Source: Malacoraja senta
Taxonomy: Eukaryota
Direction: 5' to 3'
Length of the DNA: 64,000 bases
Assembly: GCA_038087875.1 (NCBI GenBank)
Contig: CM075988.1
Span: 6,574,001 to 6,638,000 of the forward strand
A program made the translations under genes and the position numbers. The notes beneath the pieces are model-generated. The model had not been told where the DNA came from and did no database searches. It was given only the letters and a program-made list of their open reading frames with translations. Below, one piece after another: positions 52,124-64,000 of the stretch (its first letter is position 1; every line of letters starts with the position of its first letter).

Positions 52124-52371
52124 ATGGTTAATAAGATTCTCTTTTAAGTTTTTAGGAAAGCATTTTTGAAATTCTGCACCTTCCGCACCTTTCAATATTG
52201 TGTCCAATTTCAGATTGGTGGAAACACCTACAATTACTGTCTCGTCAGAATGTTTCTGACATATTTGCACTTACCTTTCATACAAAGAGGATGCTGCAGT
52301 AAAACCCTATCTGCAATTAATTGTCAGGACAATCCGCTCGTAATTGCTGCTGATTGTGAGTAAAGTTGAAA

Positions 52372-52658
52372 CAGCGGCGCAGCGGTAGAGTTACAGCGCC
52401 AGAGACCCGGGTTCGATCCTGACTACGGGTGCTGTCAGTCTGGAGTTTGTATGTTCTCCCCATGTCCCACGTGGGTCTTCTCCGGGATCTCAGTTTTTCC
52501 TCCCACACTCCAAAGACGTACAGGTTTGTAGGTTCATTGACTTGGTAAAATTGTAAATTGTCCCTAATGTATTAGTGTGCAGGGAGGGATCGCTGGTCAG
52601 TGCAGACTCGGTGGGCCGAAGGGCCTGTTTGCACGCTGTATCTCTAAACTAAACTAAA
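52372..52658 (+). mobile_element. V-SINE
   Basis: A-box-like ggcgcagcgg, B-box gttcgatcc, central domain, (ctaaa)n tail. Confidence 0.85.
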
Positions 52659-53339
52659 GTGAACTAAAAGGGGAACGCGGGAAGAAGTGTGATGTCTGTG
52701 GGAGGTGGGAGCAACATGAAATATCGCATCAGCTCAGCAAGAACACAACCTCATATTTATGTCCGTCCCTTCAGCAGACTGTGTTCTGCTTTCTGTCTCT
52801 CTCATTTTTTTCTCTGCCTCTATCCCACTGCAGTCACTCACAGCTTTATGTGTCTCTCTATCATTTAATTTCTCTGTTTCTGTTTAATTTCCCTGTTGTT
52901 TCTGTGTCTCTCGGTTTCATTTTCTCTGTCAGCCTGTATATTCCTGCCCAACCATATGTGTGCCTTTTGTTTCTTTTCAATTCTCTTGCTATCTCATTCT
53001 CTTTCATTTATCTGTGGCTCTTTCCCTTTGTCTGTCCTTGCCACCCACACCCACCCATCATTACATTTATTATTTTTACTGTTTCATTTACTCTTTTACA
53101 GCCCTTCTTTACCTTTATTACCTTATTCTGCCTTTCATTTATTCTTTCCTGCTATTCTTCACTTTCCTTCATTATATCGCTAGACCTTGCCATTTCAAAG
53201 AGCCTTTGTTGCTTTCTCCTCACACCCACTGCTTGTACCCCACCAAATGGTTCTTCCTGTTGCACTCTTTATATTTCTGATATTCTCCTTCCTTCTCTCA
53301 CTGTTAATCACTTTCTCTCTCATCCTTGATAACCTTTGT

Positions 53340-53955
53340 GTGTCTCTCCCTCTCCCTCTCCCACTCCCCCTCTCCCTCTCTCCCTCTCCCTCTCCCTCTC
53401 CTTCTCCATCTCCCGCTCTCCCACTCCCTCTCCCTCTCCCCCTCTTGTTCTCCCTCCCATTCCCCCTCTCCCATTCTCCCTCTCCCTCTTCCTCTTCCTC
53501 TCCCTCTCCCCCTCTCCCCCTCTCCCACTCCCTCTCCCTCTCCCGCTCCCCACCTCCCCCTCTCCCCCTCCCATCCCCACTCCCTCTCCCCCTCTTGTTC
53601 TCCCTCCCACTCCCCCTCTCCCATTCCCTCTCTCCCTCCCTCCCTCTCCCACTCTCCCTCTCCCTCTCCCTCTCCCTCTCCTTCTCCCTCTCCCCTCTCT
53701 GTCTCCCTCTCCCTCTCCCTCTCCCTCTCCCTCTCTCCCTCTCCCTCTCCCTCTCCTTCTCCCTCTCCCGCTCCCCCCCTCCCCCTCTCCCCCTCCCATC
53801 CCCACTCCCTCTCCCCCTCTTGTTCTCCCTCCCACTCCCCCTCTCCCTTCCCCTGTCCCCCTCTCTCCCTCTCCTATCCCCCCCTCTCTCCCCCTCTCTC
53901 CCCCTCTCCCTCTCTCCCTCCCTCTGTCTGTCTCTCCCCCTCTCTCTCCCCATCG
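53340..53955. repeat. Polypyrimidine/polypurine (CTCTCC)n-like low-complexity tract with higher-order repeats
   Basis: Almost purely C/T on the + strand; block ccccctcttgttctccctccca recurs at ~53437, 53587 and 53814. Confidence 0.9.
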
Positions 53956-54708
53956 CTTTTCCCATCCACTCTAGTACACGTAGTCTCACACACGTGGAGG
54001 GAACTTGCTTAACTGTTCCCTAACGCAGTGAAAACTAACATAAACATCACACCGAGCAGGGAGAGGCGTGAGAGCAATGGCCCAGGAAAGTGTCAGATGA
54101 GTTGTTTATTTGAAAAACTCAACATTTGAAGAAGAATTAAACACAGTTAGTTTATGAGTGGGGTAAGAAGAAAAAAAGATTTATGCCCGACAGTTCATTT
54201 AGCAGACGGTGCAGCTGACAGCTCGGGAGATGGGAAGCTGAACACACTCGTAAGAGCGAACGTGTCAGTGTTTTGTTAAGTCAATTCCACTTGGGATAAT
54301 TCAACATTATTAAACTGACGGTTTTTCACAAAGGCTTTTCTTGCAGTGACTGCCCTTGGCCTCCCTGAGCTCTACCCCACACCAACGTATTCATGCAGTC
54401 TGCCCGGCCTCTGTTCACTTCCACCATGTGGGATGGGTCCAAAATAAATTAATTCCTGTCTCACTTTGTCCTAGACTGATTAACTCTGCTAATGCACTGA
54501 ATCTCACTTTTAAAGAGCCCGGCAGCTCGGTTGGTCGGTTGTGGGGAGGTGAGGTGAGGGTAGATTTTTTTTCTTTGGGATGATTATTTAAAGATAAACT
54601 CTAAGACAGTCTGGGATGAGGGTTTCAGAGCTGGGAGTGTGTCAGACTTTAGTCACCCTGTGTTCTGAGTTCTGGAGGAAAGAACTGGAAATGCTGGTTT
54701 AAATCAGG

Positions 54709-54736
54709 CTGAAGAAGGGTCTCGACCCGAAACGTC
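54709..54736 (+). ncRNA. Minimal type I hammerhead ribozyme motif (intact core) in a Penelope-like repeat
   Basis: CUGAAGA-A-GGGUC(UC)GACCC-GAAA-C-G-UC: conserved core, stem II, loopless palindromic ACGU stem III and GUC cleavage triplet. Stem I is weak. Confidence 0.6.
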
Positions 54737-55829
54737 AACCTATTCCTTCTCTCCAGAGATGCTGCCTGTCCCGCTGAGTTACTCCAGCATCTTGTGTCTA
54801 TCTTCAGGAGGAGACCACAACAGGAGGTGACTTCAGCCAGAGCTAGGTGCGGGGGAGCCTAGTGTACACAGCTTCATCACAGCCCCAGAAACTAGACTCA
54901 CACTCACCCTCATATCCCTCTGACTCACAACACGGTGACACAGCCAGTGGAGCCACAGCTCACAGGTCCCGTGACACAGGTTCAATCCTGACCTCGGGCG
55001 TTGACTATGTGGAGTTTGCACGTTCTCCCTCTGGCTAACAGTTGAGGTGATTTGTCCTGGGTTTTTTTTAGTCTCTTACCCCTCACCCACCCCCCCTCCC
55101 CACCCACAATCAGTCTGAAGATGGGTCCAGACCCGAAACATCATCTATCCATGGTCTCCAGAGATTAGTTTAACCCGCTGAGTTACTCCAGCACTTTGCG
55201 TCTGTCTGTGACATAAATCAGCATCTGCAGTTCCTTTTTATTTCATAGACTGCGGGCTGGTAGATGAATTAGCTGCTATCGTGTTGGTGAGTGGTAGAGT
55301 CTCTCGGGGTGTTGATGGGAATGTGGGGGAGAATGAAATGGGGTTAGTAAGAATCCATGTGAGTGGCCACATGTGGGTCGGCATAGACTGGTGGGCCGAA
55401 AGGCCTGTTTCTCTTCTGCATGACCCTATGACTGTGTAAGGAGAGAAGTGATAATGATAATCACAGCATGCACTAAGCACTTCACAGCCAATCTTTACTA
55501 AAATTGCCATGACAATTTTACCAAAGCCAATTAACCTACAAACCTGGAGAAAACCCACACGGTCACAGGGAGAACGTGCAAACTCTGTCCAGAAAGCACC
55601 CATAGTCAGGGTCAAACCAGGGTCTCTGGCGATGGAAGGCAGAAACTCTATTGCTTTTGGATGGCTCAGGTCCATGTTTTAATATCGCTATGTCCCCACA
55701 CCGAGTCTCCTTGACAATGGAAGGGTATGTGATAGGAAGAGGATTGTCCTAGTTTTTTGTAGTTCCCAATCTATAACTCGCAGTTTTCATTTTCATTACT
55801 GCTTCTGGGAAGGTAACAGCCAGGAGTTC

Positions 55830-56310
55830 CTTCAGGGATATTCCTGCACTTGGAGCCTTAACTCCTCGACAACAACATGCTCAAATAGAGTGTCTAACAC
55901 ACCTCCACAAGTAATCACCTCTCCCACCATCGCAGGGATCAACAGGAAGCACTGCCTCATGAAGACAGTTAATATCATCAAAGACCCACACCACCCTGAC
56001 CACGCTCTCATCTCGCTGCTACATCCAGATGAAGGTACAGGAGCCTGAGAACCATTACCTCCAGCTTCAAGAACAGCTCCTTCCCATCTACCATCAGGAT
56101 TTAGAACCACACTGCACAATCCTAACCACAACCCAACCCCATCTCAGCACCCAGCCACTATGAACTTTGCACCCTTCGGCTTGATTTGATTTATCTGGTA
56201 TAACTGATGATATATTGCACATTTATTTGTTGTGCTGTTACGTTTAATGTGACTGCAAAGCTGCAGCAAGTAAGAATCTCATTGTTCCAGTCCCGGTACA
56301 AGTGACTCTG
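55830..56310 (+). mobile_element. LINE (L2/Rex1-like) 3' fragment
   Basis: IIKDPHHPDHALISLL...SFKNSSFP type ORF2 C-terminus; a similar older piece lies at ~6490-6760. Confidence 0.55.
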
Positions 56311-56404
56311 GACTCTCTTGAATCCAATGAAGGAGAATGGATGATATGGAGCATCTGTAAAGAAATCCCTGTGACTTTAGTCACATACATTACTTTAGTT
56401 TACT

Positions 56405-57912
56405 TTAATTTACATTAGAGATACAGCACGGAAACAGGCCATTTGGCCCATTGTCTCCACGCCAACCAGCGACCACCCGTACACTAACACAATCCCATAC
56501 ACTAGGGACAATTTTATAATTTTTACCAAAGCCAATTAACCTGCAAGCCAGTACATCTTTGGAGTGTGGGAGAAAATTGGAGCTCCCGGAGAAAACTGAC
56601 GGGGACACAGGGAGAACGTGCAAACTCCATACAGACAGTATCCGTAGTCAGGGTCGAATCTGGGTCTCTGGCGCTGTAAGGCAGCAACTCTACCGCAGCG
56701 CCACCGTGCCACCCATGTATATAAATATTCTTTTCCAGTTACTTAGAAATAAATTGCATTTGGATATAACTTTACACATTGACCCCAACACTAACGATGG
56801 GGTTGCTGCTATTATGTGAACAGGGTGGCACAGTGGCGCAGCGGTAGAGTGGCAGATTCGATCCTGACCTCAGCTGCTGTCTGTGTGGAGTTTGCACGTT
56901 TCCTCTAGGTGCTACAGTTTCCTCCCACATCCCGAAGGCATGCAAGCTTGTAGATAAATTGGCCTCTGTCAATTGCCCCTAGTGTGTAGGGAGTTGCTGC
57001 CGACGTGGGATAACATGGAACTGGCGTGAACAGGTGTGAAAATGGTCGGAGTGGACTCGGCGGTCCGAAGGGCTGGTTTCTGTGCCGTGTCTCCAAATTC
57101 TCACTCCACAAAACCAAATAAACCAACCCTCCATCTACATTATGGGAACATCTTCATTCCACAGACTGCAGAGATGCAGAGGTCCATCATCCCCTTCCCA
57201 GGACACAAGGAGATGATCAGCTCCACCAACAAGAGTTTTGTTCCAAAGATTAATTCCTGAACAATGTGAACTTGGGGAAAGATGCAGCTGAAACAGAGGG
57301 TGGTGAATCTGTGGAATTCACTGCCACTGAAGGCTGTGGAGACCAAGTCAGTGGATATTTTTAAGGCAGAGATTGATAGATTCTTGATTAGTATGGGTTT
57401 CAGGGGTTATGGGGAGAAGGCAGGAGAATGAGGTTGAGAGGGAAAGATAGATCAGCCATGATTGAATGGTGGAGTAGACGTGATGGGCCGAATTACCTAA
57501 TTCTACTCCTATCACTTATGAACTAATGAAATTATGAAATAGACCTTGTGGCGATACATCACACTGATTGATGCATTATATGCTTGGATATCTCTGGTCG
57601 TCATTGAGACACAGTGGACTGCTGTGTAATTGTCTGCAATGGAAGCTTAGTCTAGTTTAATTTAGTTTAATTTAGAGATACAGCGCGGAAACAGGCCCTT
57701 CGGCCCATTGAGTCCACACTGACCAGCGATCCCCATGCACTAACACTATCCTACACACACTAGGGGCAATTTACATTTATACCAAGCCAATTAACCTACA
57801 AACCTGTACGTCTTTGGAGTGTGGGAGGGAACTGAAGATCTGAGAAACTCCACACAGGCTACAGGAGGAACGTACAAACAAGCACCCGCAGTCAGGATCG
57901 AACCCAGATCTC
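56405..57912. mobile_element. Cluster of three V-SINEs (56405-56714 minus, 56822-57098 plus, 57650-57912 minus) and a CR1 tail
   Basis: Family motifs as above in alternating orientation. Confidence 0.75.
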
Positions 57913-58504
57913 TAGCGCGATTATTGGACTTAAGTTACTTAAACACTGGAGAAGATAAACTATTTCAGATATCTTGCTTTAGACATCTCCATGCTGGGCT
58001 TTTGAAGCAAAGAAACTTTCCCCAGGTTTTACTCAATCCACTAACGTAGAGTCTACACATTTTGTAAACCAACAAAGACAGACACAAAATGCTGGAGTAA
58101 CTCCGTCAATCAGGCAGCACCTTTGGAGAAAAGGAATAGGTGACCTTTCAGGACGAAACACTTCTTCAGACCAACCAACAAGCTGGATAATGTAATACAA
58201 CTGGCCTATCTGTGAATTTGACTGGTTTACAGTGAACTAAAAAAGCAATGGAAGAATAGACCTTTCAGGCCCAACTTGGTTGGTGATTCCATAGTTGATC
58301 TGCTGCACAACACTTTGATACACTTCCTCAACAACATGTATTCCATCTCAAAAACTCCAGTTTGACATCCAGCATCCACCTGAGAAAGAGAAATTCATTT
58401 TCCATAACCCACTGTATGACTCTAACTTCAGGAATAGTTTCCTTCCTGATCTGGATTTCTCAAACAGGAGAGATGGTGAAGAACCATTAGATCAATCAGC
58501 ATTT

Positions 58505-59378
58505 GGCAGCTCTGGGTCTGTACTCGCTGGAGTTTAGAAGGGTGGGGGGGGGGGATCTCATTGAAACTTACCCAATAGTGAAAGGCCTGGATGGAGTGGA
58601 TGTGAAGAGGATGTTTCCACTAGTGGGAGAGTCTAGGACCAGAGGGCATAGCCTCAGAATAAAAGGACGTACCTTTAGCAAGGAGATGAGGAGGAATTTC
58701 TTTAGTCCGAGGGTGTCGAATCTGTGGAGTCCATTGGGTATTTTTAAAGCAGAGTTCTTTATTAGTAAGGGTGTCAAAGGGTGTGAAGAGAAGGCAGGAG
58801 AAAGTGGTGAAGAAGGAAAGATAGATCAGCCATGACTGAATGGCGGAGAAGGCCCGATGGGCCGGATGGTTTAGTTCTGCTCCTATGACATGAACATGAA
58901 CCTCTTAACCTTCCAAATTCAAATTGACGAACGATGTCTGGATCGAGGGGTATGAGCTGCAGGGAAAGGTTGAACAGACTTGGGTTGTTTTCTCTGGAAC
59001 ACAGAGGTTGTGGGGATACCAGATGGAAGTGTATAAAATGACGAGGCATAGATAGTCATGCTGGCTGAACCTAGTTCCCAGGATGGAAATATAAAATGCC
59101 AAATGGAAATATTAAATATCATAGGTTAAAGGTGAGAAAGGCAATGTTTAAAGGAGATGTGCAGGGCAACCTTTCTACGTAGAGGGTGGTGGACGCCTGG
59201 AACATGGTCGAGGCAGACATGGCATTTAAGATACATTTGGATAGGTATATGGGTGTGTGGGGGATGGATGGATATGGATTATGTGCAGGTAGACAAGGGT
59301 CGGTCAGGGCACAATATTGAGCATAGACATTGTGGGTGGAAGGGCCTGTTCCCGTGCTGTACTGTTCTATGTTCTATG
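58505..59378 (+). mobile_element. Two tandem CR1 LINE 3' fragments
   Basis: LGLYSLEFRR..GDLIETY...ESRTRGHSLRIKG; second copy ends in (ttctatg)n. Confidence 0.75.
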
Positions 59379-60147
59379 TAGGGAGGAACTGCAGATGCTG
59401 GTTTAAACCAAAGATAGACACACAAAGCTGGAGTAACTCAGCGGGGCAGGCAGCATCTCTGGAGAGAAGGAATTGGTGACGTTTCGGGTCGAGACCCCTT
59501 TGTGTTCTATGTTCTATGTTGTGTGTTAAATACCCGTCATCATGTGCTTCACGTGTCACACTATCCCCACTGTACACTGGCGACTCCAAGATCAGACACT
59601 GTGGCCACTGAATCCTCACAGATCTAGTTTAGTCCAGTTTAGTTTATTGTCACTTGTACCGAGGTTCAGTGAAAAGCTTCTGTTGCGTGCTAACCAGTCA
59701 GCGGAAAGACAATGCATGATTACAATCGAGCCGCTCACAGTGTACAGATACATGATAAATGGGTACACAAAAATGCTGGAGAAACTCAGCGGGTGCAGCA
59801 GCATCTATGGAACGAAGGAAACAGGCAATGTTTCGGGCCGAAACCCTTCTTCAGACCCCCCATCTCATGATAAAGGGGTAACGTTTAGTGCGAGATAAAG
59901 TAAAAATCCGATCAAAGATAGTCCGAGGATCACCAATGAGGTAGATCGTACTAGGTAGGAGCTGCGGATGCTGGTTTACACCAAAGGTAGCCACAAAATA
60001 CTGGAGTAACTCAGCGGAGAGAAGGAATTGGTAACATTTTGGGTCAAGACCTTTCTTCAGACTGAATCTGAAGAAGTCTGAAGAAATCTGAATCTTCAGA
60101 GTCAGAAGAAGGGTCTCGATTCGAAACGTCACCCATTCCTTCTCTCC

Positions 60148-62086
60148 GCAACAAGCCCTGGGTCACCAGTGACACAAAGGCCCTTCTCAACCAGAAGGAG
60201 AGGGCCTTCAGGAATGGTGACAGGGGAGGAGGTGAAACGGGAGCAGAAAGCATGAAGGCGAGACTGAGACAGGGCAAGGTCGACTACAGGACGAAACTGG
60301 AGCGGAAAGTTCAACAGAACAACAAGAGGGATGTGTGGAGCGGGATGAAGAACATTACAGGCTATAAGAAGACCAGTGGCCTGGGGAGGGAAAACAATCA
60401 GGACTGGTCCTGTTTTTTTAATAGATTTGATGGTGGGGCCTCTGCCCACCCTCCCCCCTGCTCCCCAACAGTCTCTCCCCCTCTATCCCCTTGGTCCACT
60501 TCCTCTACCTTTTCCTTGTCGCGCCTGACCATCAAGGCTGAGCAGGTGAGGAAGGAGCTGAGCAGATTCTGCCCAGGCAAAGCTACGGGTCCTGAAGGTG
60601 CCAGCCCTAGGGTACACAAGGCATGTGCCAGCCAGTTGTGCGGAGTACTCCAGCATATCTTCAACCTGAGCCTGAGCCTGGAGAGGGTTCACGTGATGTG
60701 GAAGACATCCTGCCTGGTTCCTGTACCAAAGAGGACGCGTCCCAGCTGCTCCAATGACTTCAGATCGGTGGCGCTGACTTCACGCATCATGAAGTCCCTG
60801 GAGAGGCTGGTGCTTACTCACCTGTGACCCCTAGTTAAACCCTACCTGCACCTCCTGCAGTTCGCTTACTAAGCAAAGATGGGGGTTGAGGAAGCCATCA
60901 TCCATCTGCTCAATCATTCCTAAGCTCACCTGGATAAGCCGAGAAGCATTGTGAGAATCATGTTTTTTTTACTTCCCCAGTGCTTTTAACACCATCCGGC
61001 CTGCACTGCTAGGGAGCAAACTGATGAAGATGCGGGTGGATGCTCCACTGGTCTCCTGGATCGCCAACTACCTGACTGGACGACCACAATATGTCAGGCT
61101 GCAGAACTGTGTCTCGGACATGGTGAAGAGCAACACAGGGGCCCCACAGGGGATGGTCCTCTCTCCCTTCCAGTTCACCATCAACACCTCGAACTTCAGA
61201 TATAACTCCGCCTCCTGCCACCTGCAGAAGTTTTCGGATGACTCTGCAATAGTGGGCTGCATCAGTGAGGGGAGGGAAGCTGAATACAGATTACAAAGTC
61301 AACGACTTTGTTGAGTGGTGTGGGCTGAATCACCTGCAGCTCAACACCAACAAGACTAAGGAGTTAATGGTGAACTTTAGGAGGAGAGGAACACCCCTGT
61401 CCCCTGTCTCCATCAATGGTGTGGATGTACAGGGAGTACAAATACCTAGGAGTGTTCCTGGTCCAGGAATGGTGAGGCCCTGTACAAGGACGGACAGAGC
61501 CGCCTGTACTGTTTGAGATCCGCTCTTTCAACATCTGCAGTAAGATGCTGCAGATGTTCTACCAATCGGTGGTAGCCAGCACCATCTTCCTCGCTGCCGT
61601 GCGCTGGGGCAGCAGGGACGCCAATAGGATCAACAAACTGATCGGGAAGGCTGGCTCCGTCCTGGGGTCGGAGTTGGATTCACGGGAGGTGGTCTTGGAG
61701 GGTAGGATGCTCCTCAAACTGCGGAGCATCCTGGACAATACAGCTCACCCCCTCCATGACACACTGGTCAACATGAGGAGTACCTTCAGCAGCAAACTGG
61801 TTCCACCAAGATGCAGGACAGAACGCCACAGGAGATCCTTCTTCCCTGTGGCTATCAAACTGTACAACTCCTCCTCTCCCTTCAGTCGTGGGGTAGACTG
61901 AGACTGAGACTGACCCCCGTCCCCCCACCCCCCCCCCCCGCCCAACATCCTCAATCTTTGCACATCCCCAAAGCCTTACCACTCGTCACTTTATTTTCAT
62001 GTTTCATGCAGTTTGTGTTTTTTTTTTATCATCGTTGGCAAATTAATTTCCCTACTGGGACAAATAAAGTTCTATCGAATCGTATT
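60148..62086 (+). mobile_element. 5'-truncated Rex1/Babar-clade LINE, degenerate
   Basis: NKPWVT..., KATGPEG, NDFRSVALTS, TGAPQG, LQKFSDDSAIVGC, HPLH...RRSFFP motifs; 3' end aatttccc..ggga caaataaagt plus tatcg-like tail; 25-bp direct repeats at 60123-60147 and 62087-62111. Confidence 0.88.
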
Positions 62087-63111
62087 GAAACGTCACCCAT
62101 TCCTTCTCTCCAGAGATGCTACCTGTCCCGCTGAGTTACTCCAGCATTTTGTGTCTATCTTCGAGGCAGAGAGTGGTTCAGGACTGCTCAGGTTGCGGTG
62201 GGATGGTTGTGGTGACGGAGAGCCGGCCGGCAGCCTCATCAGGTCGGTGGCAAGAGTTGGCCCAGACCCGCGAGCCCTCGGCACTCCCTCCAGCCCACAC
62301 GGCAACAGGACGCACAAACCGCCCGTTGCTCTTTTGCAAACTCATTCTCTCCCTTCCCCCGCTCCCACCTCGCCCTCCCCTCCCCCCTGCAACCACAGAT
62401 ACACTGAGCCGAACACACTGAATAAAAAGCTGTAGGAATTTTGAAAACTCCAGTATGAACTCAATGGCCATTGTGCTCTGTTAGGAATGTCAGCGAGCAG
62501 TCAACTGTTAAATAGAGGGCCATTCAATGGCCTGGCCTATTTCCCTGAGAAGGCATTCATTTCCCAATGGCTGTGGACAATGGCCAGTATTGTGGCGTGC
62601 CATGGCCTAGGGTTTTTACTTGTCCTTCTCTCTAAGGAATTCCAATACGCTGTCAATTGCTGTTAACATCTCGGCCTCTGGCAATAAAATGCAGTTATTA
62701 GTTAATAAGCAGATCATTGTGGACAAACAAGGTCTCTCCAACGATCCTGGGCTGCTATTATTCCCCGCACTCGGCTTTGATTTCAGATTCTCCCCATGAT
62801 TATTTTGCTTTTAACTGATTTTCATTTCCCCAGCTGCAAAACCTTTCTGAGTTTCTGCACATTTTATGAACTCCCCAGAGGTGCGGAGAATGATCTGCCA
62901 CAGTGCATGGCGGATGAAAGAGGAACATAAAACCACACCCCCCCCCCCTTCCCTCCTACACCCCCCCCTCCCCCGCCTCCCACCCAGACAGAGTGTCCAG
63001 GCAGTGTGCCTGCCCCTGCTCTTCCTCTGTCGTACATCCCCTGAAGCTGCCGCCTCGCACAGGGTTACAGCTGTGCAAGCAGTCCACACACCAAGTCCAC
63101 ACTTTGGGCAG

Positions 63112-63310
63112 TCATGGTGGCACAGCTGGTAGAGCTGCTGGCTCACAACGCCAGAGACTTGGGTTCGATCCTGACCTCGGCCGCTGTCTGCGCGGAGCTT
63201 GCACGTTCTCCCCGTGACCGCGTGGGTTTCCTCTGGGTGCTCCGGTTTCCTCACACATCCCAAAGACGTGCGGGTTTGTAGGTCAATTGGCTTCTGTGAA
63301 ATTGTCTGTA
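63112..63310 (+). mobile_element. V-SINE 5' part
   Basis: tggcacagctggtagag, gggttcgatcc, central domain. Confidence 0.75.
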
Positions 63311-64000
63311 AAATGTGTTTACTTTATTTTGGTTCATTGTCATGTGTGGAAAGCTTTATTCTTGCGGACTATCCAGTCAGTGGAAAGACTGTTTATGACT
63401 ACAACCAAGTCGTCCACAGTGTACAGATATAGAATAAAGGGAATAACGTTTAGTGCAAGATAATGTCTAGTAAAGTCTGATTAAAGATAGTCCCAGGGTC
63501 TCCAATGGGGTAGATGGTAGGTTAGGACTGCTCTCTAGTTGGTGATAGGATGGTGCAGTTGCCTGATAAAAGCTGAGAAGAAATTGTCGCTGGGAGTGGA
63601 TGAGAAAGTGGGATAGCAGAGAACTAGTGTGAATGGGTGATCAATGGTCGACTTGGTGGGCCGAAGAGCCTGTTTCCAAACTGTATCCTTTAATCAATGA
63701 AGGCAGGGATGATCAGTGACACCGGGATAGAGTAGAACACAATCTGGAGAAGGTCGGAGGTGGACGGCAGCCCTTCACCCTGGCCCTTTGCTCAGTTTTG
63801 CATCTGTGCTGGTGGATCTGAGTGCTGGTATTATCCGATATTTGAACACATTGAGCAATGTTATTATATAACACCACACGATCACAGTACAGCAGGCAAA
63901 CAGCGTCGCTCTTCTGAAAAAGCCATTTTAAACTTTGTCTACTTTCTCTGAAGAAGGGTCTCGACCCCAAGTGTCACCCATTCCTTCTCTCCAGAGATGT

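Noticed and set aside
49316..52137. Regularly recurring repeats resembling a CRISPR or other prokaryotic array
   Set aside because: Vertebrate context; units are dispersed retroelement termini with TSDs and variable spacing, and there are no cas-like ORFs.
52372..52425. tRNA-like sequences with A and B boxes (also at 22293, 56822, 63112)
   Set aside because: They are heads of V-SINEs, continuous with the central domain and CR1-like tail; no complete cloverleaf.
53187..54023. Long ORFs (170-278 aa) on both strands
   Set aside because: Artefacts of the stop-free (CTCTCC)n low-complexity tract; translations are Pro/Leu/Ser or Arg/Gly/Glu repeats.
56471..56479. GLI-like site GACCACCCG
   Set aside because: Imperfect and inside a SINE; no cluster of GLI sites noticed.
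42320..64000. A second host protein-coding gene downstream of CDON
   Set aside because: All recognisable ORFs derive from transposons or low-complexity DNA; no spliced exon chain was identified, though small exons could be missed by eye.

Overview
Eukaryotic, intron-rich DNA. The repeat content (V-SINE/HE1-like tRNA-derived SINEs, CR1 LINEs, Penelope-like elements) suggests a cartilaginous fish such as a skate or ray; this is inference. The window holds the 3' part of CDON, the Hedgehog co-receptor, on the + strand. Twelve coding exons (8067-39267, all GT-AG and phase-consistent, about 748 codons) encode three FN3 domains, the transmembrane helix and the cytoplasmic tail, followed by a probable ~3 kb 3' UTR. 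The Ig-domain exons lie upstream of the window. The rest is intronic or intergenic and dense in mobile elements: CR1 fragments, a Rex1/Babar LINE, a full-length disabled Passport-like Tc1 transposon, Harbinger- and hAT-like MITEs, and V-SINEs. About 20 short Penelope-like insertions carry a minimal type I hammerhead ribozyme motif (CUGAAGA-A-stem II-GAAACGUC). Most notable: this hammerhead family, including tandem and inverted pairs; two candidate CDON alternative exons (an in-frame 33-nt cytoplasmic cassette and a 14-nt frameshifting microexon); and a possible horizontally transferred Tc1. All comparisons to known proteins are from memory, not from database searches.
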